Positions 53,601 through 63,400 of a stretch of 64,000 bases of DNA are shown here, in pieces. The first letter of the stretch is position 1; every line of letters starts with the position of its first letter. Origin of the DNA: Pelagomonas calceolata (taxonomy: Eukaryota); assembly GCA_918797485.1 (NCBI GenBank), contig CAKKNE010000004.1:1-64000 (forward strand). Direction: 5' to 3'. The position numbers were made by a program, and so were the translations under genes. The notes under the pieces were generated by a model. That model made no database searches. It was given only the letters and a program-made list of their open reading frames with translations, and was not told the origin of the DNA.

Positions 53601-54434
53601 ATGGCGGCCGTGCACGTCGTCGGCGCCGGCGCGCTAGGCTCCATGATCGCGGCACGACTAAGTGCCGCCGGCGTCGAGACGCGGCTCGTCTTGCGCGCCA
53701 AGAGCAGTCGGTGGCGCGCCGTCGACGCCAGCAACCGCGTGCGAGTGCTCGTGGACGGCGCGCCGCACGACGTCGCAGCGGCGCCGGACGCCCGCGATGC
53801 AAAGCTCGTGCTGCTCTGCACGAAGGTCTGGCAGGCGCGCGACGCTTTGAGGGAGGCGAAAACGAGCGCCAGGGTCGTCGCACTCTGCAACGGCGCGCTG
53901 TCGCTCGTGGACGACGCGACCATTGTGCCGGCGGTGACGACGCACGGCTGCTTCGAGACGCAACCCTTCGACGTGACGCACGCCGGCCCGGGCACGCTCT
54001 GGGTCTCCGACGAGGAGGCCTTCGCGACGTTGTCAGCTTCAGAGACGCTGAACGTCGTCCGCGTCTCGGAGGTGGAGATGAAGGAGCGACTCTGGAAGAA
54101 GCTCGCCGTGTCCTGCGTGCTGAACCCGCTGACGGCCCTCCATTCGTGTAGAAACGGCGAGGCGCTGCCGGGCCGGGAAGACGTCTGTCGCGCCGTCTGC
54201 GCGGAGATCGCGTCGCTCGACGACTGCCCCTGCACGGCGGCGGACCTGGAAGAAGCTATCTATCAGTGCGTCGCGGAGAACGCGGCGAACTACTCGAGCA
54301 TGTACCAGGACGTCGCCGCGGGCCGGCGCACGGAGGTCGACGCGCTGAGCGGCTGGGTCGTCGACCGCGCCCGCGGCGGCGCGCCGGAGAGCGCGCGGCT
54401 CGCGGCGGCCGTGCGGGCGCTCTCCCCGCGCTAG
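53601..54434 (+). CDS. panE: 2-dehydropantoate 2-reductase
   Basis: VVGAGALGS, LCTK, WKKLAVSCVLNPLTAL, SSMYQDV..GRRTEVDAL. Confidence 0.92.
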   Translation: MAAVHVVGAGALGSMIAARLSAAGVETRLVLRAKSSRWRAVDASNRVRVLVDGAPHDVAAAPDARDAKLVLLCTKVWQARDALREAKTSARVVALCNGALSLVDDATIVPAVTTHGCFETQPFDVTHAGPGTLWVSDEEAFATLSASETLNVVRVSEVEMKERLWKKLAVSCVLNPLTALHSCRNGEALPGREDVCRAVCAEIASLDDCPCTAADLEEAIYQCVAENAANYSSMYQDVAAGRRTEVDALSGWVVDRARGGAPESARLAAAVRALSPR

Positions 54435-54470
54435 TTGATGTTTGTTATGTCTAATTTACACTTGTCACAT

Positions 54471-55274
54471 TTACACATGGTGGTTTGGGTCCTTGTTCGA
54501 CCGGAACGTGATCGATACCCGTCGCGCGTCATGGAGGTCCGCGTTCGAGATGCCGTGGCGGTAGCTGTACCTCACCTCGCCCGTCTGGACCTGCAAACCG
54601 CGCCGCGGCAAAAGCACGCGGTAGGCTGGCGCCTCGGGCTCGCCGTCCTTCGTGTAGGTCATGGTCGCGCTGCCCGCCAAGCACAAATTCACGAGGACGT
54701 CGCCCGAGAGCCCTCGGTGGTCACAATGCGCCTTTAGATACGCGCCGCGATCTTTGACGTAATCTATCGCGTTGCACTCATTCGGGTAGAACGCCTGGAG
54801 CACGTCCACAGTGCGCATTTTCCGGACGACATTGCGTAGCACCTCGGGCATCGCGTGCGTTTGCTCCAGGAGCTTCCCGGCAGCAATATCTATGCGCACG
54901 CCCCAGTGCTTGCCGCGGTGTCGACCGTTAAAGCGGCAATCTTTCCATGGCGGGTCCGCGTCGGCGTCGAGGAACGCCAAAATCTCCGCCTCTTCCTCTT
55001 CACTCAAGAAATCAGCAACGATGTACTGCCCGCCGAGCGTTTCGTGCGGCACCGCGAATAAGGCCGGTGCGGCGGCCACGTCGCTCCTCCGCCGTTTCGC
55101 GCCGGCGAACGCCTTGCAGCCGCTGTCGACGTGCTGTCCCATCACGGAGATTGCCACGGTCGCGTCGCAGATCGGGCACCGCGCCCAGCCGATCTCCTCG
55201 GATGCTCGTTTGGTCGGCTTGGTTGGCTTGGCAGGCTCATTGCTGCGCTTCGTTTTCACCACAAATCGATCCAT
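54471..55274 (-). CDS. AlkB-family dioxygenase with UBZ zinc finger
   Basis: CPIC...HVDSGC; NAIDY, AHCDH, YRHGI, RRVSITFR. Confidence 0.88.
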   Translation of the reverse strand: MDRFVVKTKRSNEPAKPTKPTKRASEEIGWARCPICDATVAISVMGQHVDSGCKAFAGAKRRRSDVAAAPALFAVPHETLGGQYIVADFLSEEEEAEILAFLDADADPPWKDCRFNGRHRGKHWGVRIDIAAGKLLEQTHAMPEVLRNVVRKMRTVDVLQAFYPNECNAIDYVKDRGAYLKAHCDHRGLSGDVLVNLCLAGSATMTYTKDGEPEAPAYRVLLPRRGLQVQTGEVRYSYRHGISNADLHDARRVSITFRSNKDPNHHV

Positions 55275-55358
55275 ATCGAGCACTAATTTCAAAATCACAG
55301 CGCTTACACGAGGAGACGCATCAATGCGCCTTACAGGCCAAAAACAAGCCGAGCGGAA

Positions 55359-55381
55359 GCTAGCGTCCTGAAGACACTAGC
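55359..55381 (-). promoter_or_regulatory. CTAG-bounded element, copy 10
   Basis: rc GCTAGTGTCTTCAGGACGCTAGC with CTTGCTT flank; 85 bp upstream of ATG 55274. Confidence 0.65.
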
Positions 55382-55538
55382 AAGCAAGATCCGTGGCGAC
55401 TAGCTCCGCCGGCGCAGTAGCCGGCCGACGGCCGCAAAAACAAAAGCCGAAAATCCGTGCAGAGCTCAAGACGGGTCGGTCGAACCCGTAGAGCAGCAGC
55501 AAAACGCCGTCGACGCGCCAAAAAGTTAGGGCAAACTG

Positions 55539-56348
55539 CTAGCGGCGCCAGCGCTTGATCGGCGAGCATTCCGGCCGGATGATCGCCGGCGTGATGCCGT
55601 TCCGCGCGCCGTTGATCGCGATGACGCCGGCGTTCGAGAGCCAGAACGCGTTCTGCGAGCCGGTGGGGGTCGTCCCGAAGCGCGGCGGCGCGCGCGCATT
55701 AACAGAAAACTTGCAGAGCACGGCCTTGTCGGTCAGCGAGTACTTCGGGGCGTAGCAGGCGTCGCTGACGGGCTTCGGGATCATCGGCTGCCTCCCGCGA
55801 TTCGTCTTCATCGACACGTAGTTCAACGGCCGCCGCTTCGTGGAGAGCATGTGCAGCGAGGGCACGGGCAGGTCGACCGTCGACGGCCCGTGGCCTTTGC
55901 GCACTACTTCCGGTCTAGGGACTCGCTTCGCCCGGCCCCGCAGTCCCAGCTTCTCGTACGCGAAGAGCTCGGGCGTGTCGAGCACGCAGCCGCCGGACAC
56001 GGCCTGCGCGCCCCGGCGCATCTCGGGGCCCGCGGACGTGTTCGGCCGCATGAGGGCGTAGGCTGATGATGTGTCGTACGTGAGGTCGGCCGCGGCGCGC
56101 GGCTTCGGCGGCACGCGGCCGCGCATCGTCCTCATGTTCACGTTGGAAATGCAGCGCCGCCGCCGGCTCAGCTTCGACGCGTGCGCGCGGTCGGCGAGGA
56201 TCGACGCCTCCTCCTCGTACCGGAGCTCCTCCGCGAGGTCGGCCTTCGACAGGGGCTGCTGGGACCACGTGTCGTTCGCGTCGGTCCAGACCGAGGCGGT
56301 CGAGCGCATGGACAGCGTCGAGCGCTCGTTGAGGTTTGGGGCGTCCAT
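55539..56348 (-). CDS. Hypothetical basic protein
   Basis: 269-aa ATG-initiated ORF with coding-like bias. Confidence 0.6.
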   Translation of the reverse strand: MDAPNLNERSTLSMRSTASVWTDANDTWSQQPLSKADLAEELRYEEEASILADRAHASKLSRRRRCISNVNMRTMRGRVPPKPRAAADLTYDTSSAYALMRPNTSAGPEMRRGAQAVSGGCVLDTPELFAYEKLGLRGRAKRVPRPEVVRKGHGPSTVDLPVPSLHMLSTKRRPLNYVSMKTNRGRQPMIPKPVSDACYAPKYSLTDKAVLCKFSVNARAPPRFGTTPTGSQNAFWLSNAGVIAINGARNGITPAIIRPECSPIKRWRR

Positions 56349-56994
56349 CTCTTGGCTGCCCTTGCCTGGGTTATTGATGAGTACGGGTGGGGCTGCCTCG
56401 TGGCCGCGACGCAGTCAACAAAGTGGCTGGGAAGAGGCTGTCCCAGTATTCGGACGCCTCGGCTTGTGGCACCGGCGCTGGATCAAAAGCCCTGGGAGAG
56501 CAGAAAGATGGCGCTCCGCTCCGGCGTCGAGCTCGTGTCGCGCCTGCGCCGTCATCGAGCCCTGCGAGCACCCATTCAAAGACTTTTCGTACGCTTTGAG
56601 GATTGTTGATCGTGCGACCCTAGGCGTGACCTACTAGTGCCATCGGGGGTGTGCGTCGACTTTTTTCAGACGCGCATCAGCCTGCATCCCGTGCGCTGGT
56701 AGTGCCTTCTATAAATTGATCAATTCGCAGCGCAGTTCAGTGCCCTAGCCGTTGCAGCTCGCAGCGAAGGCCTGTGACCCACCTGTGCTCTCCCGGCGGG
56801 CGAGTCACGACACCCGACGCGTGCGAGCCACCACGACGCCGCCGACGCGCGTCTTGCTGCTCGCCGCCGCGTGCGAAGCACTGCTCCTGCCGAAGCGGCA
56901 GCGGCAAACAAAAACCCTGGCGCCCTCGAACCGCGGCTCGTTCCGCTCCTCATCACAAACACCACTCAGCGCCTCGAGCGACTCTCTGGCGACG

Positions 56995-57984
56995 ATGCCG
57001 GACGAAGAGCCGGCCGCGCGGCCGAAGCGCTCGCCGCTCGCCGTGCCGACGGCCCTGTTTTATGCGATCACGTCGGTGGGAATCATATCGGCGAACAAAG
57101 TCACATTAACACAATACGCGTTCCCCTCGGCGAGCGTCCTGGCTTTTTTGCAGTTCGGGGTCACGGTCGCCTGCCTTGGAGTACTGAAGATTCTCGGCGT
57201 GATTGATTTGGCGCCGCTGGACGCCAAGTCCGTAAGAGTGGTGCTGCCGTTGACAGCTCTATTTCTAGCAGATGTTTTGATGGGCCTCTTCGCGACCGGC
57301 AACCTCTCGCTCCCGATGTTCACGGTCCTGCGACGGTTCTCCATCCCGACGACCATGCTGTTGGAGCGGTTCGTGGGCCAGTCGAACCCTACTTTATTAG
57401 TGCAGGCGGCGGTCTGGGGCATGGTCGGCGGCGCCGTCATCGCGGCGTACGACGACCTGGGTTTCGATATAAGAGGCTACACGGCGGTGGGGCTGAACGA
57501 CTTGTTTACCGCTTGTAGAGGCGTCTATTTGAAACACGCGCTGGGCCCCGCGTCGTCGACGTCCCACACGAAAAAAGATGTTGAAAGCGGCGAAGAAGCG
57601 CCGAAGCCGCTGTCGAAACTTTCATTACTATTCTACAACGCCCTGCTGTCGGGCGTCGTGCTCTATCCTTACTTGAGATGGACCGGCGATTTGGACGTCG
57701 CGCGGCAGTGGTTCGACGCGCCGGCGGAGGGCGCGGTGGTCGCCGTGGCTTTGTCAGCTTCACTAGGCCCGGTCCTGCAGTACGCCATCTTCGTCTGCAC
57801 GCAGCACAACTCGGCGCTCACGACGACGGTCGTCGGCGCGCTGAAGAACGTCGCCACGACGTACGTCGGCATGTTTCTGGGCGGCGACTACGCCTACTCG
57901 CTCGTGAACTTCGCGGGCATCACCGTCTCCTGCGTCGCGTCCCTGGTCTATTCGTGGGCCGTGCTGCTGGGAAGGCAGAAGTAA
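56995..57984 (+). CDS. Nucleotide-sugar transporter (SLC35D/TPT family)
   Basis: ANK, LSLPMFTVLRR, LLFYNAL, CTQHNSALTTTVVGALKN; about 10 hydrophobic segments. Confidence 0.92.
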   Translation: MPDEEPAARPKRSPLAVPTALFYAITSVGIISANKVTLTQYAFPSASVLAFLQFGVTVACLGVLKILGVIDLAPLDAKSVRVVLPLTALFLADVLMGLFATGNLSLPMFTVLRRFSIPTTMLLERFVGQSNPTLLVQAAVWGMVGGAVIAAYDDLGFDIRGYTAVGLNDLFTACRGVYLKHALGPASSTSHTKKDVESGEEAPKPLSKLSLLFYNALLSGVVLYPYLRWTGDLDVARQWFDAPAEGAVVAVALSASLGPVLQYAIFVCTQHNSALTTTVVGALKNVATTYVGMFLGGDYAYSLVNFAGITVSCVASLVYSWAVLLGRQK

Positions 57985-58248
57985 ATATCTTGTCCCCTTT
58001 TTTTTTTCCGACCCGGTCTTGCCTGTGAGCGTAGCGAAGACAGGACGGAATGACCTCTAAATGGACGAAAATGGTGTAAAAAATGCTACATCTATATCAT
58101 CATCGCCGCAGACGACGACGCGGTCCCGGTGGCAGTCCGCGTGCTGTCGCCCGCGAGACCCACGAGGGACTCGCGCGCGTTGGTCCCTCGACAGCGGCGG
58201 CGAGCGGTCCCGAGGGGCATCCAGGGGGACGCATTCGACCGCTCGAAG

Positions 58249-58842
58249 TTACTCCCCCTCCGACGACGACTGCGGGTCGAGGACGACCTTGCCCCCGAGC
58301 GCCAGCAACCCTACGCCCGCGAAGGCCGTGATCCCCGTCAGCAGCGTCCCCAGCCCCAGCACCACGGTCCGCATGACCGTCGAGATGCGCTGGATCGCGT
58401 AGATCTCGCTGTCCACCGGATGCTCCGCGAAGGAGTTGGCGGCGAACCCGACCGCTAACCAAAAAACGTAGGCCGTCGCCAGCGCGGCGACGCCGCTCAG
58501 CACGCTCTGGACGGGATTCACGTCCGAGATGTCCACGTCCTCACGCTCGTCGACCTGCGGCGCCTCGACCCTAAACCCCTTCTTGGCCTCCTCGATCTCT
58601 GCTAATAATTTGTCGTTGATCGTCCCCATCGCGGCGCCCTCCGCCGGCGCCTCCTCGTCCTTCGGCAGGTCCACGGCGCCCGCGTCTCTCCTAAAGCGCG
58701 GCAGCAGCTCGTCGATGGCGTCGAGGCCCGTCTTTTCGCCGTCGGCTCGTCGCGGCGTCCGCGGCGGCCGTCGTCGCGTCGGCGGGCCGAAGGCGTGCGC
58801 TGCTGCGAGGCATGCGAGCAGGCGGGCGCGGCTGCAGACCAT
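58249..58842 (-). CDS. DUF3082 plastid membrane protein
   Basis: Signal LLACLAAAHA-F; QRISTVMRTVVLGL motif with two TM helices. Confidence 0.75.
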   Translation of the reverse strand: MVCSRARLLACLAAAHAFGPPTRRRPPRTPRRADGEKTGLDAIDELLPRFRRDAGAVDLPKDEEAPAEGAAMGTINDKLLAEIEEAKKGFRVEAPQVDEREDVDISDVNPVQSVLSGVAALATAYVFWLAVGFAANSFAEHPVDSEIYAIQRISTVMRTVVLGLGTLLTGITAFAGVGLLALGGKVVLDPQSSSEGE

Positions 58843-59026
58843 GGTTGCTGGCAGGCACTGCTGGTGCAGGCACTCCTTGCTGCAGGTGTCGCTACTCGCT
58901 GTCTCTCTGTTCGAAAGAGTGTAGAGTCCAATTGAATTAAGAGCAGGGTCGTGTAATCGAGGCGAAAATGGACGGTCACGCGGTGACGGCTCGGCGCTCT
59001 GCGTGCAAGCTTGCAAGCCTGAGTTA

Positions 59027-59050
59027 GCTAGCGGCCTGTAAGACACTAGC
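59027..59050 (-). promoter_or_regulatory. CTAG-bounded element, copy 11 (exact consensus)
   Basis: rc GCTAGTGTCTTACAGGCCGCTAGC, 185 bp upstream of ATG 58842. Confidence 0.7.
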
Positions 59051-59096
59051 CGGCAAAAACGCCATCGACGCACACTAGAAGGCCCGGTCTTAGAGA

Positions 59097-60338
59097 CTAG
59101 CGGTCCGTCGACAGCTTCTTCACGGGCTTGTTGTCCAGTAATGCGGCGTACTTGCCGCCCGTGTACTGCGCGCCGACCTGCGTGATGCGGTAGAAGGACT
59201 TGTCCAGGTCCTTGAGGAAGGTCAGGCGCTCGGCGGCGTACTTCTGCACCCAGATCTGGACGTTCTGGTCCAGGAGCAGCGCCGACTCGACGGGCGTCGA
59301 GCCCTTCTTGCCCTTCTTCTGGTCGGCCATGACGTCCTGGAAGATCTGGTTGAAGTTGTCGACGGAGCTGGACGCGCCGCCGACGCGCCGCCCGTACGCT
59401 TCCTTGCGCGAGCCGAAGGCGTCGGCGATGTAAAACTCGTCGATGTCGCCCTCAAACTTATCCACAGAAGCCTCTTCCGTGCCCTCGTTCGTGCCGTACA
59501 AGTCGATAGCATAGTTCGACGACGCCTTGTCGCCGCGGCCCATCTTGCCTCGCGCCTTCGCTGCACCCTTGTCCTCCTTCTTCACGGCCTTGGCGTTGAC
59601 GACGTCGTCGCCCTGCAAGATAGCCAAAGCGCCGAGCAGCGCCGCCGCCTCGCGCTCCGTGAAGCCCGACCGCCGGAAGGCCTTCACGATGTCCGAGGGT
59701 GCCGCCTCCTCGACGTCAAAGGCCGGCGCGATGCCTCGAGCTTGCGCCTCCTTGAGGCCGCCCTTGCTAACCGCTTTGATCGAGTTTAGTAATTCCGGGT
59801 TGTCCGTGCGCCCGAGCTGCACGGAGATCTCGGGACCGCCCACGGCCGCGAGCGACTCGGCGCCCGACAGCGCGATGAGGTCGGCCAGCGTCAGCGCGTT
59901 CGTCCTTTTCAACGCCCGCTGCGACTCCTGGAGCAGGTCGACAACATCTCTCAACTCCGCGTACGCTCTTCCAGGTAATTGGATCGACGCCGCGACCATG
60001 CCGTCGGGGCCGCCTCTCCTAGTTTTTTCATCATACGACAACCCATCTAACAGGGCCAGCAGGAAGAAGGAGCAGGCCAGCGACGGGTCCTTCGCGATGA
60101 CGTCGCGCACGCGCGTGCGGCACTTGGCGATGGCCGCGTTTTTTAGCTCCTGGTCGCCGTAGCGCGCCGGGTCCAAGTAGACGACCGCATTTGCGCGCGG
60201 CGCACTCGCGCCCGCGATGGCGCCAGCGAGACCAGCTATGCTTTTTGCAAGCTGCCTTCGGTCCACGGCCCTGCTTGCTGGCTTTGGCGCCAGCGCGGAC
60301 GCAACGGCGACTACTAAGCAAGCACGAATTCGAGCCAT
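59097..60338 (-). CDS. Thylakoid lumen TL29/APX4-like heme-peroxidase-fold protein
   Basis: Signal peptide, twin-Arg DRRQL and ANA lumen cleavage site; GGPDG, LADLIALSG, VQLGRTD; lacks the distal His motif. Confidence 0.78.
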   Translation of the reverse strand: MARIRACLVVAVASALAPKPASRAVDRRQLAKSIAGLAGAIAGASAPRANAVVYLDPARYGDQELKNAAIAKCRTRVRDVIAKDPSLACSFFLLALLDGLSYDEKTRRGGPDGMVAASIQLPGRAYAELRDVVDLLQESQRALKRTNALTLADLIALSGAESLAAVGGPEISVQLGRTDNPELLNSIKAVSKGGLKEAQARGIAPAFDVEEAAPSDIVKAFRRSGFTEREAAALLGALAILQGDDVVNAKAVKKEDKGAAKARGKMGRGDKASSNYAIDLYGTNEGTEEASVDKFEGDIDEFYIADAFGSRKEAYGRRVGGASSSVDNFNQIFQDVMADQKKGKKGSTPVESALLLDQNVQIWVQKYAAERLTFLKDLDKSFYRITQVGAQYTGGKYAALLDNKPVKKLSTDR

Positions 60339-60721
60339 GGCTGCAGCTGGTGGGCGTAACACGCCGCCGCTCTGACTGATGGCCAACTTGAGATGGGGTG
60401 CTGAGGGCGCCCCGTCCCTTTTTCGATCGGTTTTGCGATCCATGTCTCTGCAGCGTTCCCTCTCGTTACGTTGAACGGAAGGCTAGGGACCGCTGGTGGA
60501 GGCGTCTCGGAGAGCGAGGCAGGCTGGTCATAGCTAAAAGCGCAGCAAACTGCGGCATTACTGCGAGCGAGGCGTGCAGAGAATCCCCACCAGTCGCATA
60601 GCTCGTCTGTTGCAACGGCTGTTGCAACAGATTGCACGTAGCAGTGTAGCACAAGACTGCTGCAGCAGCACAGGCAAAACCACAACCCGCTCGACGCAGC
60701 CGAAGAGACGAAAGCGAAACC

Positions 60722-61681
60722 ATGGCCGACTCCGACGACAAGCAGCAGCCGAAGATGACGAGCAGCTTCTGGTTCGACGAGGAGGTCACCGCCGACCATT
60801 CGATGCGCATGCGCATGACGTCCCTCAAATACGACAAGCATTCGCAATTTCAAAGGGTGCAGGTCGTCGAGACCGTGCCCTTTGGGACGACCCTTGTATT
60901 AGATGGCAAGACGCAATCCGCCAAAAACGACGAGTACGTCTACCACGAGACGCTCGTGCATCCCGCGTTACTCTTACATGAAGCCCCAAAACGTATTTAC
61001 ATTGGAGGGGGCGGCGAACTGGCGACGGCGCGGGAGTGCCTCAAACATAAAAGTGTGGAGGAGGTCGTCATGGTCGACCTCGACGGAGACGTCGTCGACG
61101 TGTGCAAAAAACATTTGCCGGAGTGGAATGATGGTTCGACCGAGGATCCTCGCTTGACCGTACACATCGGAGACGCCCGGTCGTATTTGGTGGAGGGCAG
61201 CGACACGTTTGATGTGGTGGTCCTAGACATCTCGGACCCGATCGAGGCGGGGCCCGCCGTCCATTTATATACAAAAGAGTTCTACGATTTAGTACGACAG
61301 AAGCTGAACCCGGGCGGTGTGCTCGTGACGCAGAGCGGCCCGGCGGGGCTCATGAATCATACCGAATGCTTCGGCGCGATTCACAAGACGCTCGCGGCGT
61401 CCTTCCGGACCGTCGTGCCCTACTCCGTGTCCATCCCCTCCTTCGGCTCGGACTGGGGTTTTAATGTGGCGACGGATAGAGGGGACATTACGAGTAAATC
61501 GCTGCGCGAGAAGCCGCCAGACGCCACGGATGCTGCGATAAGTGGTCGGATCCGCGGCCCGCTGCGCCATTATGATGGAGGGACGCACCTGTGCATGTTC
61601 AACCTCATCAAGGCCGTGCGCGACGGCGTGGAAGCGGAGGACCGCGTGATCACCGAGGCGAACCCCGTGTTCATGTACTAA
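60722..61681 (+). CDS. Polyamine aminopropyltransferase, thermospermine synthase (ACL5)-like
   Basis: LDGKTQSA, YHETLVHP, IGGGGELATARE, DISDPIEAGP..LYTKEFY. Confidence 0.88.
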   Translation: MADSDDKQQPKMTSSFWFDEEVTADHSMRMRMTSLKYDKHSQFQRVQVVETVPFGTTLVLDGKTQSAKNDEYVYHETLVHPALLLHEAPKRIYIGGGGELATARECLKHKSVEEVVMVDLDGDVVDVCKKHLPEWNDGSTEDPRLTVHIGDARSYLVEGSDTFDVVVLDISDPIEAGPAVHLYTKEFYDLVRQKLNPGGVLVTQSGPAGLMNHTECFGAIHKTLAASFRTVVPYSVSIPSFGSDWGFNVATDRGDITSKSLREKPPDATDAAISGRIRGPLRHYDGGTHLCMFNLIKAVRDGVEAEDRVITEANPVFMY

Positions 61682-62066
61682 CGTCGTGCGTAACTCTCTT
61701 GGCTCCTTCTCTCGTCGATGGCGTGAGGGCCGGATGTCCTCCTTGGAGGCTGTCCTCGGCCCCCGGCGCCGCGTTCGTGGCTTCGATGCCCTGGGCGCTC
61801 GCCTGTGCGACTGAGCCGTGGCGGGAGGTGTCGCCGGGCCTTGGGCGATACAACTCGGGGACCGGCGGTGCTTGCGGGCCGCCGGCTAGTAGGTTCCTCG
61901 GCGTTGTCGTCTCACAGCGCCCGCGAGATTAAACACCGCGCAGCCTCCGCTGCGAACCGAACAGCGGCCCGGACCTCCCCCGAGGCAGCCCCCGCGCGCC
62001 ACGGGCAGCCCCCGGCGCCACACGTAACAGCACCCGCAACAAAAGCAACAACGAGCGCCAAGCACC

Positions 62067-63245
62067 ATGGGCAAAAAAAAGGGCAAGAAGGGCAAGAAGC
62101 AGCCCACGGAGGCCGAGCTCGCCGCCGCGGCCCTCGCTGCGGAAGAGGCGGCCAAGGCCAAGGCCGCCGAGGAGGCCGAGGCCATCGCGTACAAGGAGCG
62201 CGTCGAGCGGCTCAAGGAGTCGATCAGGGCCAAGGAGGAGGACCTGGCGCGGCGCGAGACGGACGTAGATGCCGCCGAGATCAACTGGAAGAAGAAGCTC
62301 GAGGGCCTCGACGCCGAAGTTACGTTGAGAGCGCGGTCCGGCATCGCGGCCGCCGAAGCCAGAGAAGCGGCGACGGCGCGATTGGCGGTAATGCGCGAGG
62401 ACCAGGCCATGAAGCGTCTCTCGGTCTTCGCCGAGGCCGAGAGCAAGATGGCCGTCCGGGAAGTGGAAGTTAGTGCAAGGGAAGAAGCCATGGAAGCTCG
62501 AGTGAACGGGGGCGTCGCCGAACATTTGGACACGATGCTCGCGGCGCAAGCCGACACGCGGGACGTCATGGAGGCGCGGCGCAAGGAGATCGCTTCACAA
62601 TTAGGCGAATTGGACACGATCGAGAAGAGCTGGCGCGACACGGTGCTCAAGAAGGAGGCCGAGCTCGCGCAGCGCGAGCGCGAGGCGCGCGGCCGCGTCG
62701 CCGCGTACGAGAAGAAGCTGCTCGAGCGGGACTTCACGCTGAAGAGGAGGCTCATGCGGGACATCCGCAAGGTCTACAACAAGGTCGTGGGCCAGGAGGA
62801 GGAGTGCGCCGTGCGCGACCGGCGCATGGCCGCGCGCGAGGCCGAGGTCACGCAGCGCGGGAAAGACGTCGAAAAAATGGTCAAGGACGCGCGGTCTTAC
62901 GAAAGGAGGGCCAAGAAGGCGGCCGCGGGCGCGACGAAGGTTGTGAAGGACGAGGACGCGCCCTGGGAGACGAGCGCGCTGGCGGCGACGGCGGCGGACA
63001 AGCCTAGACCGTACGCGGCGCGGAACCTCCCTCCCAAAAAACCTCCCACGCCGGAGCCCGACTTCGATCCGGAGACGGAGTTCTTCTTGACGGAAGCGGC
63101 GAACCTCGACCCCGCAGTCGACGCGACGCCCGACCTTCCGCCCGGGATCGACGCGACGCCCGACGCGAGCTGGGCGCCGAACATGACGTCTGCGCAGAAG
63201 CCCGCCCCGGCGGCGGCGCCGGTAAGTGCGCCGCTTAGTGCGTAA
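62067..63245 (+). CDS. Coiled-coil protein
   Basis: MGKKKGKKGKK N-terminus, long E/K/R/A heptad region. Confidence 0.75.
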   Translation: MGKKKGKKGKKQPTEAELAAAALAAEEAAKAKAAEEAEAIAYKERVERLKESIRAKEEDLARRETDVDAAEINWKKKLEGLDAEVTLRARSGIAAAEAREAATARLAVMREDQAMKRLSVFAEAESKMAVREVEVSAREEAMEARVNGGVAEHLDTMLAAQADTRDVMEARRKEIASQLGELDTIEKSWRDTVLKKEAELAQREREARGRVAAYEKKLLERDFTLKRRLMRDIRKVYNKVVGQEEECAVRDRRMAAREAEVTQRGKDVEKMVKDARSYERRAKKAAAGATKVVKDEDAPWETSALAATAADKPRPYAARNLPPKKPPTPEPDFDPETEFFLTEAANLDPAVDATPDLPPGIDATPDASWAPNMTSAQKPAPAAAPVSAPLSA

Positions 63246-63400
63246 TACAAGAATCAAGAATTTTACTAGCCGCAAGCACGCGCGTCTGCTCGGCGGCGTA
63301 GGGGAGGACGCGCGGAACTTGGGAGCGCGCCGACTCCAGAGACCAGGGGATTCTGAGCGGAATGAGGGAATGGGATGAATTGCGCGACTCGGCGGAGCAC

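Noticed and set aside
689..59050. CTAG element as a CRISPR repeat or Helitron end
   Set aside because: Copies are kilobases apart in both orientations with no spacer array or cas genes; flanks are not shared between copies as expected for element termini
61682..61900. GC-rich stems and one TCGATGGCGTG downstream of the polyamine synthase
   Set aside because: Single core match with no TIR or TSD and no recognisable RNA family
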